DNA from: Octopus bimaculoides
Taxonomy: Eukaryota
Direction of reading: 5' to 3'
Length of the DNA stretch: 64,000 nucleotides
Assembly (NCBI RefSeq): GCF_001194135.2
Contig: NC_068985.1
Span: forward strand, 19,449,254-19,513,253
The notes below the pieces were generated by a model. The model saw nothing but the letters and a program-made list of their open reading frames with translations. It was not told the origin of the DNA and made no database searches. Each line of letters opens with the position of its first letter. Position 1 is the stretch's first letter. The position numbers were made by a program, and so were the translations under genes. Positions 49,136 through 62,069 of this stretch are shown in pieces.

Positions 49136-50313
49136 TTCTATAGCAAAGCAACTAATACTGTTAATGTTTCTTTTGAACCTGTGTAAGTCAATGAGAAGAG
49201 AAACGAATCTAGAGAGCCAACGTCCTAGTAGGGATGAAATGGCTACAGTGATTAGTGTGCTTGGATGGGTCAGACAGAATTTCTTGGGGTAGATTTTCTA
49301 CAGACAGATGCCCTTCCTATGGCTAGCTCTCACCTGTTTCTAGGCTAGTTAATATTTCCTATGACCAGACATGTTATTTCATAGAAGACTGGAAATGAAC
49401 AAAATTGTTTGTGTAATGCTAATGTTTGACAAGGGTACACACACACACATGGTGGGCTTCTTTCAGTTTCTGTCAACCAAATCCACTTACAAGATTTTGG
49501 TTGGCTCAGAGCTATAGACACTTGCCCAAGGTGCTGCACAGTGGGACTGAACCCAAGAGACATGGCTGGAAAGCAAGCTTCTTAACCACACAGCCATGTC
49601 TGCACCTAATATATAAATCAAAAAATATTTCCTGAGTGGTAAATTTATATTTTGAAATATTTCAGCCTAATTCACATTTCCTTAAACAATACCAGATGTG
49701 AAAGGTTCCCTTGTGAGTTTAGCTCTGAGAACAATAATCTCATTTATGAGCCACCACTCTCTACCACCAACCTTCAACCCTATCCGATCTTTACAGATGT
49801 TGCCTAATTCCCCTTCCCTTTCCTATTCCCCCATCTCTTGCTCCACTCCTATACTCCTGCAAACCACCTACCTACACTCATATTTCCTCTGTCCCCACTC
49901 CTACTCACTTACTACCTTTGTGTCTTGAGGGGCCACCAGGACATCCCATCACCACAATTTATTTTTTAGCAGCTTCTACTGATGATTCTTACCCTCTTTT
50001 CTAAATATGAATAAGCATATAGTTCCTCCAAAACAAGAAAATGCTTCAGACACCCTCTCATACCTTAACCCTTTATCTCTTAGTATGAAACCAATCTCCT
50101 ACCCCTCAGGGTTCATAGTCTAGCAAGCTGCACAGTGACTCCAATAGAGCTGGTGACATGTAAAAAGCATCCAGTACATGTTGTAAAGTGGTTGGTTTTA
50201 GGAAGGGCATCCAGCCATAAAAATCAGGCTAAGCAGACACTGGAGCACATTGCAATCCTTGGACCCATCAGATTCTGACAAAGTCCCTAGGAAGATGGAC
50301 ATTAAATGATGAC

Positions 50314-50346
<33 letters not shown>

Positions 50347-51619
50347 AGCATTCATAAAGAGAAAAAAAAGAGAAAAATTAGAAAAATGATGATGAGCCCT
50401 GACAATGGTATAATGCTGAGAATTCTGCAAAAACTATTATATTTCACTTGGGATAAAAGTCAAAATTAATGTTAGTAAAATTTAATTTTAAAACATAGAT
50501 GGACAAAATTAAATACTGAAGGGTACTTAATGTAGTGCTTCATCATCATCATATTATTGACAATAGTGGTTATATTGATACTTATTTTTTGTCATTGTTA
50601 TCATATAGGACTCATTAACTTAGCAGTTTGGTAAAAGAGACCAAAAGAATAAGTACCAGATTTAAAAAAACAAGTAATGAGAAGCAAACTCTTCATGCTG
50701 GTGCTCCAGAATGGCCACAGTCCAATGACTGAAATAAGTAAAAGTTAAGTTTTCTATTTATGAAGTGAAATAAAACCCTTCTATTGATCTTAGTGGTTTT
50801 ACATCAACAAGCATACATTATGTTGTTATCATGTCATTGATAATGATCATGGTAAGTACCAAAAACTGAGGCATGTGGCTTAATGGTTAGCATATTCAGC
50901 TCACGACTGTAAAGTCCTGAGTTCAATTCCTGTTGGTGTATGTGTCCTTGAGCAAAACACTTTATTTCATGTTGTTGGCAAAAAATAAGTAGTATCTGTA
51001 TTTCAAAGGGTCAGCCTTGTCACAATCTGTGTTACGCTGAATCTCCCTGAGAATTACATTAAGGGTACATGTGCCTGTGGAGTGTTCAGCCACTTGCAAG
51101 TTAATTTCATAAACAGGCTGTTCCATTGATTGGACCAACTGGAACCCTCATTGCAATAACTGACAGAGTGCCTGTTTGCTAATAACTAAACAAACATACA
51201 GAAAAAAAGCTAAAATCTGACCTCAAATGTATTCAGACTAAGTGATCTAAGGATTATTGCTATCTTTTCAAGTATTTGAGTTATTGTCTCTTAATCTTTT
51301 CTGTTCTACCTTATGTAAATGGGTTACCCCTGAAAGTCTATCACTCAGTTGTTGCTCTCATTTATTGTGTATATGCAAATCAGATATGCGACTTACACTC
51401 AGAAATTTACCCACCATAGCTGATGACATAAAAGAAGCAAAGGCATATTAGATGCACCACATCTTCAGCAGCAAATACTAAAGAAAATATTTTTAGTACA
51501 TTAAAGTTTTTGGGAGACCCAACTTTGCATATAAAACCTGAAGTAATTTTTTCAAGGTATTTTCTGAGAAAATAAAAAAAAGTGTTTTATACACCATGAA
51601 ATACTGTAATGTGAGTTTA

Positions 51620-52690
51620 TTCATCATCATCATCATCGTTTAACGTCCGCTTTCCATGCTAGCATGGGTTGGACGATTTGACTGAGGACTGGTGAAACCG
51701 GATGGCAACACCAGGCTCCAGTCTGATTTGGCAGAGTTTCTACAGCTGGATGCCCTTCCTAACGCCAACCACTCAGAGAGTGTAGTGGGTGCTTTTACGT
51801 GTCACCCGCACGAAAACGGCCACGCTCGAAATGGTGTCTTTTATGTGCCACCCGCACAAGCCAGTCCAGGGGCACTGGCAACGATCTCGCTCGAAAATCC
51901 TACNNNNNNNNNNNNNNNNNNNNNNNNNNNNNNNNNNNNNNNNNNNNNNNNNNNNNNNNNNNNNNNNNNNNNNNNNNNNNNNNNNNNNNNNNNNNNNNNN
52001 NNNNNNNNNNNNNNNNNNNNNNNNNNNNNNNNNNNNNNNNNNNNNNNNNNNNNNNNNNNNNNNNNNNNNNNNNNNNNNNNNNNNNNNNNNNNNNNNNNNN
52101 NNNNNNNNNNNNNNNNNNNNNNNNNNNNNNNNNNNNNNNNNNNNNNNNNNNNNNNNNNNNNNNNNNNNNNNNNNNNNNNNNNNNNNNNNNNNNNNNNNNN
52201 NNNNNNNNNNNNNNNNNNNNNNNNNNNNNNNNNNNNNNNNNNNNNNNNNNNNNNNNNNNNNNNNNNNNNNNNNNNNNNNNNNNNNNNNNNNNNNNNNNNN
52301 NNNNNNNNNNNNNNNNNNNNNNNNNNNNNNNNNNNNNNNNNNNNNNNNNNNNNNNNNNNNNNNNNNNNNNNNNNNNNNNNNNNNNNNNNNNNNNNNNNNN
52401 NNNNNNNNNNGGAGCATACTGGCTTCATTCCTTGCGAGCTTACGTATGTCCTCAGCAGTTACAGCCCATGTTTCACTGCCATGTAGCATGGTTGTTCGTA
52501 CGCATGCGTCATACAGTCTGCCTTTTACTCTGAGTGAGAGTCCCTTTGTCGCCAGCAGGGGTAAGAGCTCTCTAAACTTTGCCCAGGCTATTCTTATTCT
52601 AGCAGCTACACTTTCAGCGCACCCACCCCCACTACTAACTTGGTCGCCCAGATAGCGGAAGCTATCGACTACCTCTAGTTTTTCACCCTG
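51620..52690 (-). mobile_element. 5'-truncated RTE LINE (young), spanning gap 51904-52410
   Basis: LGDQVSSGGGCAESVAARIRIAWAKFRELLPLL...VKGRLYDACVRTTMLHGSETWAVTAEDIRKLARNEASML, with the 3' UTR and (ATG)n tail at 51620. Confidence 0.88.
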
Positions 52691-53114
52691 GAATGAGATA
52701 GAAGTTGTTTCCTGTTTGTTTGCAGTCTTTATTGCACCTGAACATCTGCCACAAACAAAAACTAACTTGCTAGTTAACTAACTTGCTAGTTATTCAACAT
52801 AGATATTTGCAAGCAGAACTATAAGCACAGATATGGTTGTGTATTGTCTCCAGTCACAATATCAGTTTCAAACGGGTCATCATGTGAATTCATATTGTCC
52901 ACAAAAGAAATCATTTTTATGTTGGTGTTGCTTTGTTTAATATGTCTTACCCAGAGATCTCAAAGCTGCATGTTTTACAATGGGTGTTATTTATGATTAG
53001 CATCAATGTATAGTAGGGAAAGGAGACAAACTTTGAGAAATAAGATTCTGTAAAATTTGTAATATTTCTATTTTGAAAGAATTTTAAGAGAATCAGGTAT
53101 TATCAGGCTAACAA

Positions 53115-53400
53115 TGTTTCACTAAGGATATTGGCAGTACCCACAAGAAGAATTTTTTCTCTTTGTGGTAGTTTCTAGTTTCCTGGTATTTGGCCATAGT
53201 GTTTAAGAGTGCCATTTGGTATTATGTCCAAAGTTTCAATGATCACAATACAATTGTGGTTCTTAGATGCCACATTTTTGAGATCTGTATTTCATGGTCC
53301 TTGTATTTACTTAACATTTCAATGTTTCTTGTCTTTCTGTTTAGTTCATCTACTGTCCATATGATTACTCCTGCTCCATATCTGAGTATTATTATTATGA
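53115..53400 (-). mobile_element. R4/Dong-like (RLE) non-LTR retrotransposon remnant, internally deleted
   Basis: RYGAGVIIWTVDEL-NRKTR joined almost directly to KYKDHEIQISKMWHLRTTIV...LLVGTANIL. Confidence 0.65.
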
Positions 53401-54738
53401 TTATTATTTTGTAACACAGTATCAATTCAAGGTTAGATGAAGAACTTAATTTATTTTGTAATGAGGTTGTTGCTGTGAACACACATAAATATTACTGTAC
53501 AATAGAGCAAAAATAAGAATAAATCTGAATGACGCTAAACCCTAATTATAAATATTTCTCAAACTAGATAACACAAGTCATATTTTATAATAAGTGCCAG
53601 TCTTTTTTTAAATCCTGAACCAACAACCCAACACCACCTTAAATTATAGGTGCATAGAGTTTCTTTACAAAAACATATAACAGTTTATCAAAAAAGTTTG
53701 TCAGTGCCATGCCCAATTGTCTTCTATGTTCTATTTCTCTCTACAGCAATCCCTTGAGTATCATGGGTGTTCCATTCCCCAAACCCCTGCAATAGGTGAA
53801 AATCCACGAAGTAGAAACAGTACTATACTGTATATATTTTTTTAATTTTTATAATTTGTATATATTTATCTTATTACAAATGCAAAACAACACCACAGAG
53901 GAATTGACATAAGCTTAAATAATAAACCACAATAGGTGAACAATGATATGGCAAGGGATTACTGTATATCTGCTTATGTACTGGTGTTTCAAGTTTTTAC
54001 AAACAGAGGGGTTTTAAAAATTTCTTAACCTCCCTCTCTTAGCTTTTGCTTTTACATATTTATCATCATCAACTGAAAGTAACTAACAACAAATGTATGT
54101 TGAACAGCAAATTACTTAAAAGGGAAGGCATGGCTGGGCAGTTAAGAAGTTTGCTTTCCAATCACATAATTTCAGGTACAGTCCCATGGCATGGCACTTT
54201 GGACAAGTCTCTTTTACTGTTGCCCCAGGCTAATCAATGTCTTGTGAGTGGATTTAGCAGATGGAAACTGAAAGAAGTCCACCATATCATCATCATCATC
54301 ATCATTTAATGTCTGTTGCCCATGCTGGGGCATGGGTTGGATGGTTTGACTGGGCTGGCATGCTGGAAGGCTGCACCAGACTCCAGTCTGATTTGGCATG
54401 GTTTTCAACAGCTGGATGCCCTTTCTAATGCCAACCACTCTGAGAGTGTAATGGGTGCTATTACATTCCAGTGGCATGGAGGCCATTTGCATGAAACTGC
54501 GATGTGTTTATGTACCACTGGCATGGGTGCCAATTTGTGTGACGCCAGTATCTGCCACGAGTGCAATTTTGCTCAGCTTGATGGGTCTTCTGAAGCACGA
54601 CATAATGCCACAGGTCTTGGTCATTATCTCCGTGAGTCCCAACACTCAAAAAGAACTCAGCCACTTTGCCTCTGTGAGGCCCAACACTTGAAAGGAACTC
54701 AACCACCTCGACTCTGTGAGGCCCATCACTCATATATA

Positions 54739-54778
<40 letters not shown>

Positions 54779-54788
54779 NNNNNNNNNN

Positions 54789-54832
<44 letters not shown>

Positions 54833-57800
54833 GCCCAGTGGTTAGGGTGTTGCATTCATGAGTGTGATTCGAAGACAGGGAAGTGCATTATGTTTTTGAG
54901 CAAACCACTTCATCTCACATTGCTCTGCGATCTCATCAACATATGTATGTGGCACACTATGCACCTGTACAAGTAATGTCAGTTTGGTTGAGGAAGTGAG
55001 CTAATGTAAAACAACAAACATTTGATCACTATAAACAAATCATCTGTGTAGGTTATTCAGCAAGGAATTGCAGAACTGCCTTATCAGACCTTAGAGACTA
55101 ACAGAGCGTGTGTGTGTGTGTGTGTGTGTGTTTGTGTGTTTGTGTGTGTATCTGTCTGTCTGTGTTGACAATGCAAGATAGCTATAGACAAGAGTCACTA
55201 TCATACAAGCAGAGTCCCTTGTTTCTAGTCTTCCATGAAAACAAATTTAGCCATGGGGAAATATGATCTTGCTTGCAAACAGGAAAGGGTTGAGTGACAA
55301 GAGGGTATCTGGCCATAGAAAATCTGCTTCAACAAATTCCATCTGACCTAAGCAAGCACAAAGTAGACATTAAATCGATGACAATGATAATGAACCATCT
55401 GCATGCAGCATTTCCTGATAGGTACAAAATAAATTGACCCTCAAGGCCATCAGAGAAGTGAATGACCAGTTTGGCTTTACAAATGTAAATGGCTGAAGAG
55501 AATCCATAATTAACAGATTAAAAGATTTTGATTAAATATTTAATACTTTGAGGTGTTAAAGTTTAATAAATCTATAAGTATGGTATCAAGTATATGTTGT
55601 ACTGTAATGATGATACAGGTATAATCAAATGTACCTTCAAACTAATTCACTACAATTAAATTTTTCTTGGAGTTGAATCACACAGCATTAAAAATATAAT
55701 TTAGAGGGAAATTAGTCTAATATTTGTTTTTGTGATAATCCAGCTCTTATTAACCTCTCAACTGTGAAGTTATAGTGAGAGCATTCTTTCTACAACACAA
55801 AAAAGATAATAGAAATAATGGTCAGAAATAAATAGTGACAATGCAATATTAGTTTTTATATCAAATATGCATATTTTGATGGTTTTAGACACAGATTAGT
55901 GAAATAATTATATCTTTACAGTTATATCTATCTTTGAACATTAATCTTCTTAAACCCAACCTCCATTAAACAAATCTTAATCCTATAATATCATAGCTTT
56001 CTTAGACAATCTGCAATCATCGATCACTAACTAAAGATATTTTAGTTCAGTTTTCACCTCCTATTTTTATTACACCATTGTATTTATTATCTGAGATTTT
56101 CCTTAAAATTTGCCCATGCAAAGTTATTGTTTAGGTGCTGGTGTAGCTGTGTTTGAATTTTTCAGTTTTTGTCTCTACCCACACTCATCATACTTTTGGA
56201 AAAACAACAAATTATTTTTTTCCTTTTTCATAATTTTCTGTCATTTTATCTTATTATCTTATGGTGCTATTAAGTTAAACATGGCCTGGGCCTATACTGG
56301 CCGAAACCTATCAAAGTTTCATTCTGAAACATATGTAACTCACATTCAAAGAAAAATACTCTTACCCCACTCTTTTCTCCTTCATTGTACTTTTCAAAAT
56401 GAAGGAAAAGTCAAACACTGCAAGTGGATGTGTGAAAAACAAAATTTGAATTCTAAAAAAGTGTATCTATAAAGCGACATTTTCAGTTATTTATTTTAAG
56501 TTTCTCCGTTAACTCATGAAATTCAATTATTTGAAATAGTTTTGAGATTTAAATATGGTAATATTCTAAGATTTCAATTCTTGTGTATAAGGGGCCCACC
56601 GAACTTGAAGTGCCATGGGCCCCCCATGGTTTAAATCCAGTCCTGACCGTGGCAGTATTTGAACTCAGAATGTAAAAAAGCAGAAAAAATATCACCAAGC
56701 ATCTCGTCCGGTGCAATTCTGCCCACTTGCCACTCTATTATATGACATAATGACGAAGATAATTTCTAATTTTTGAGAATTACTACCAACTCACAAAAGA
56801 AATTTGAAAATCTGATTTCACATAACCTCAGTATATATGAACATTCTTTGCAGCCATCTTTTAATACATTCTCATTTTTCAGTTTAGAGCAGCAAATATC
56901 AGAACTATACTTTAATCAGTCTGTTTCTTAATTTTTTAATGCATTCTCTCCAAAGTCCTACGTAACATGCTACAAATACAAAGCCATTTTAGATGATATT
57001 TATGATGGTAACATTTTAAAATGCATAGATCTTTTATCAGTCAATGCTGATCATATATCTACAATATATACATGTCGGTTTGGGTAGTGTTCTTGAAAAT
57101 AAAACTAGCAATTGCCCATGCATGCGAGTCTATCTATACCACCAGTGTTTATCCAAGAGAAAAATTGCTTATTTTGGTCAATACAGCTTGGGACCAGTTC
57201 CAGTGCAGGTATTGCAATCAAAACACAAAAAAGTTTATACAGATTCCACAAGAATTTCACCCAATCATCTATCACTTTCACCAATTCATCTTCCTGGATT
57301 GATGCTTCTTTATTGGTCCCAAAAGAATGAAAGGCTAAGTTGACCTAGGTGGGATTTGAACTCACAGTGCAGAGAATCAGAATAGATACTGTGAGAAATC
57401 CTACCCAACACGTAACACCTCTGCCAATGTGCAGCAAGAGATAAAAGAGAAAGGTAAGATGATAAAAAAAAACTTACAATTTTAAATCAGTCTTTCAAAA
57501 CTAAAACAAAAAATATATAAAATATATTAAATGTATAAACAGATTTTTAAAAATATTAAAATTGCCATCTGAGTATCATACAAAATGTATATACACTGTT
57601 AGAAAGTATGAAGGTGAGGAATTGTCTGAGATAAAATCTCTTTACAAACTTGTTGCATTAAAATCACAACTGATATAGGACTGAGATGAATATCATCACT
57701 GCAATGGCTCACAAGAACTACAGACACATTTCATCTTTGTTGAGCTTTCTCAATGCTAGGCACCTGCTTAAACAACACACACATACATAGAGGCAGGCAT

Positions 57801-57973
57801 GGCTGTGTGGTAAGAAGCTGCCTTCCCAACCACATGGTTCTGGGTTCAGTCCACTACATGGCACCTTGAGCAAGTGTCTTCTACTATAGCCTAGGGCAGA
57901 AACTGAAAGAAGCCTGTCTCACACACACACACACATTTCCTCTAATATAATTGGAAACAAATTTGTTACTCAC

Positions 57974-58077
57974 CAATTAAAATCATTTGAATCATTCTCA
58001 GCCACAAGCCAGAAGTACAAGTAGAAAGCCATATAGATGAAAGTAATTAGAAGAATTACTAGTATGATTAAGTCTTT
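57974..58077 (-). CDS. GDPD5-like: GDPD5-like exon (first found): KDLIILVILLITFIYMAFYLYFWLVAENDSNDFN(W)
   Basis: 104 nt, ttgcag acceptor, gtgagt donor, phase 0 to 2; resembles WLYFWWEVHNDYDEFNW of GDE2. Confidence 0.9.
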
Positions 58078-60059
58078 CTGCAACAAAGATAAAATAATAA
58101 AACTGTGATTAGTACTTAAATGAATGGTAACAGCACAAAATTGAAAGCTGACTGAAAGTTTACTCTTTAGAAATAAAATAATTACAGAAACAATAATATT
58201 AAATCAATTATATTAAAATATTTTTTTTAGAATATCAAAATTATAGACAGGAGCCAATAACATGCATAAGATAACTTTCAGATACAATTCTTCTAAACAA
58301 CAACAACAAATGTAAATCATTTCCGAAGAAAAGAAAATTGATTTTATTATATTGATTTATAACAGGCCCATGGCCACACATTTTGCAGGAAGGAACAGAC
58401 CATCATTTCAACCCCAGTGCTTGTATGGAAATTGTTTTTATGAAATCCTGAATGATGAAAAACATATTTGCTCTCAGTGAGATTTAGACTCAAAATGTAA
58501 AGAAGCATAACTATGTTACTTACATGTGTGGAAATTGCACTCCTAATTTAGTGTCAAACTTTGGTACAAAGGTTGCATGGAGTATTAGTTTTAGCTTTGC
58601 CCCTCGTATAAGTAGGTCCCCAGTTTTTCTAGTATAAAATAGTGCAAATTATATATGGGTAAATGCAATAATTACTACATGGCATCTTACCCAGTATTCT
58701 ATTGATTTTATAATATATTCATTTCTAACATTGACACAAGTCCTCATAATTTGGAGGAAAAGTTATCATCACTTAAATCAACTGCAGTACTTATCTGCTA
58801 GTTTATTTTATAAAACCTGAAAGGAAGAAAGACAAAGTTAGCCTAAGTGAAATTTGAGCAACTAAATATCATACAACTAAATATCATACAGCATTTTGTC
58901 TACCTTTCTCCTAATTCTGCTAAGACAAAACTAATCAAGAATAAACTTTTACTTTGAAGGATTCACAGAATTATCTAGAGAGCAATCTGTATGTTTTTGA
59001 CCACATGACAAAGGGAAAGTATAGGGAGAAAATTACGTTCTTATATCAAGTAGAATTTAACTGAAGAAAGCATAAAATTAATAAATAAATAAAGGTTATC
59101 ACATTGTAGTGAGCGAAAAAGAATATTTGAGAAGAATGTCCTTAACAGTAATGACAAATCTTATCAAGAAGAGTAAGGGAGAGAACTCTGAAATTTAAAT
59201 GGATAAAAAACGAATGGAAGACATGCAGTCAAGAGTGTGTCTGATCTTTGGCAGTTACAGTGTCAACACCACATTTGTTTCAATCTCAGTAGACTATTAC
59301 TTCAGTGTAGTCTAATACATAACTTCCGGAGCTTAAATTCACTTTGAAAGCATAGTCTAACATGTAACTTCCAGAGCTTAAATTTACTTTGTGTGAATAT
59401 TATCCATTATTAGGTAATTTAAATTACTGAAATTTATTAATTAGTTCTATATGTAGATATGTGTATGGATATGTGGTACTTGTTTGTAAAAGTTCTTAGC
59501 TATATCAAATTTCTTGAAGGAATAAATGTATTTCACAGCTATTAACTGCATCTATTTAATCTATAGTTGTTATCTAGATCTACTTAATCTATGTTATATA
59601 AACTAAGCTTACTAAGTTTATATGAAGTAATGGAAGCGTTCTGCTGTTCAATTTAGCGGCAGATATTAAGTTAACAGTGACATTGGCCAACCAACTTAGA
59701 TACATACACACTACGTCTCTCTCACTTTCTCTCTTTCCGTCCCTGTATGTATGTGTGTGTGCGTATCTGACAATATATATATATATATGTTGACGCATTT
59801 GTATTGCAAGATTCCTGATGTGAAGTCATGTGTTGAAACAGATATTGTATTTCGGGATGGTCTCTTTCTTTCTCTTTTTTGCCAAATAAACACATGCACT
59901 ATATTTGTTCTTCACTCATTTATCACTGTTCTTATTCTAACTTATGTTCATTGTCTGGAAATCTTTTGTCACACATCTGTGGCCTCCTCAGTGACATTTT
60001 CCATTTTTGTGTGTGCTCTTGCCCTGCTTATTCCATATATATGTATATCTGTGGTGTGC

Positions 60060-60657
60060 AAGAGAGACAACTGTGCTGGTATGGTTATGTGTTATGTATG
60101 GAAGCGGACAGATGTGTGTAAAAGTGTCACACCCTAACAGTAGAGGGAACCTGTGGAAGAGGTGGACTCAGGAAGACCTGGGATGAGGTGGTGGATGACC
60201 TTCGAATGGTGGGCCTCATGGAGGCAATGACAGGTAACTGAGACATTCGGAGATCTACTGTGCTTGAGAAGACCCCGCAAGCCAAAGGAGACTGTAGCCA
60301 TGGCCTATGCCAGTGTCACATAACCAGGCCATTTAAGAATACCCTTCAATCATTGGGCAATATGGTGTGCTTAAGAACTGTTGAATCAAGTGAAATCATT
60401 GTCGTGGCCAATACCAGTGCTGCTTGACTGGCAACCATGCAGGTGGCACGTAAAAAGCACAATTTGAGCATGGCTGTTGCCAGTGCCCCCAGCACATAAA
60501 AAGCACTCATTACACTCTTGGAATGGTTGGTATTAGGAAGGGCATCCAGCTGTAGAAACCTTGCCAGATCAGATTGGAGCCTGGTGCAGCCACCTGGTTT
60601 GCCAGTCCAACCATCCAACCCATCCAGCATGGAAAGCAGACTTTAAATGATGATGAT
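60060..60657 (+). mobile_element. RTE LINE 3' end
   Basis: CGVQERQLCWYGYVLCM coding remnant, then 3' UTR and (ATG)n tail. Confidence 0.8.
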
Positions 60658-62069
60658 ATACACACACACACACACACGCCTATATAATTATACAATGATG
60701 TATGTGTGATTGTATGAGTGTTTTTGATTACATGTGACAGTATATATATATATATATATATATATACTGACAAGCTGTATAGATGTAAACACAATTCCTT
60801 CTTCTTCCTTTCTTCCTTCTCTTTTCCATTGACACTCCTTTCAGATACACAGGCACACACACACGCGTATACACATACACACACACACACAAAAACACAC
60901 CCACTCTCTCTCACTGGACAATGATGATGGCAACTTTTTGAAAAACAACTTTCTTCCAAACAATGCCCCACCTTAAATAGCCACCTGGTTTTGCCATTTT
61001 TAAAGGCCAAGAATCAACTTGTCATTAAAAGAACTGACCAGCTGTAAACACAATTTTCTTTCTTCTTTCACTCTTCTTTCTTTTTTTTCCTTCTTTCCCA
61101 TTGACACTCCTTTCAGATACACAGGCACACACATGCAGATGCACACACACACACACCAACACAAACACACACACTCTCTCTTTAAGGTGTTGAGCTGGCT
61201 TAGCTCTGCCATTACGTTCTGAGTTCGAATTCCGCTGAGGTCGACTTTGCCTTTCATCCTTTCAGGGTTGATTAAATAAGTACCAGTTACGCACTGGGGT
61301 CGATATAATCGACTTAATCCGTTTGTCTGTCCTTGTTTGTCCCCTGTGTGTGTAGCCCCTTGTGGGTAGTAAAGAAATAACACACACTCTCTCTCACTTC
61401 GCCCCCATTCCTCACCCTCTTTTACTATCCCATATATCTCTCTCCACCCCTACACATTTAATAATACTATAGAGAGACAAATCCTCTGATGGAAAATTAA
61501 ATCTGGAGAATCTACAAGAATAGATGCAAGCGCTAATTTATAAAAACATGTGACATATTAATAAAAATCTGTAAATGTACAACTATCCAGATATCTGAGT
61601 ACCTTATTTTTTTTTCTAATATATATATATAGTCATGTAAGAATACGTAAGTCAGAAAAAACAGCCTCTCATATATTAATAGAGTTGTTATATCAATACA
61701 TACACTATACAGTATTATAGATTCATTTTCATACCCGCTCTTCTGATGAGCACTATCTTAAGCTAAAATCTTTCAATAATACTGTATCGTATAGATATAT
61801 TTGGGGATGATCATTTTGCTGATAAACACACACTCACTATCTATTTGATCTTCACTTTATTATTATTATTATTGCTATTCCTTATTAGTTTGTCAGAGTT
61901 CTTTTTCTCAGACATTCTGTAACTTCTTCAATGACTACCTGTTCTTCATGTTTCCTCTTCTCTCTGGTCTTGTCCCATTTATCCCATTTTGTCTTTTGTT
62001 ATATGTTTGCATCTGCATCTGTGTTTGAGTCTGCATCTGTGTTTGAGTTTGTATCTGTGTGTCTGGGTG

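Larger units (their letters stand above)
19438..58077 (-). other. GDPD5-like: Spliced gene (5'- and 3'-incomplete): multi-pass membrane glycerophosphodiester phosphodiesterase, GDE2/GDE3/GDE6 subfamily
   Basis: 12 exons with canonical AG/GT ends and matching intron phases join into one open frame. It encodes N-terminal TM helices (YFWLVAENDSNDFNW), a GDPD catalytic domain (FAHRGASGVAPENTL, FESDVRIS, DGIPFILHDDTLRRTTN, LNAGSWF, SVTTD), a C-terminal TM and a tail with FNPETISL and MKEKLLF. These motifs match human GDPD5 as I recall it. Confidence 0.93.

Noticed and set aside
51398-51476. Exon-like minus-strand segment (FAAEDVVHLICLCFFYVISYG)
   Set aside because: No GDPD homology, and exons 57974 and 48728 already join in phase; the nearby VTHLHK similarity is cut by an in-frame stop
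57478-57500. 23-nt microexon-like segment (ttttag ... gtaagt) on the minus strand
   Set aside because: Stop codons in all three frames and not needed in the exon chain
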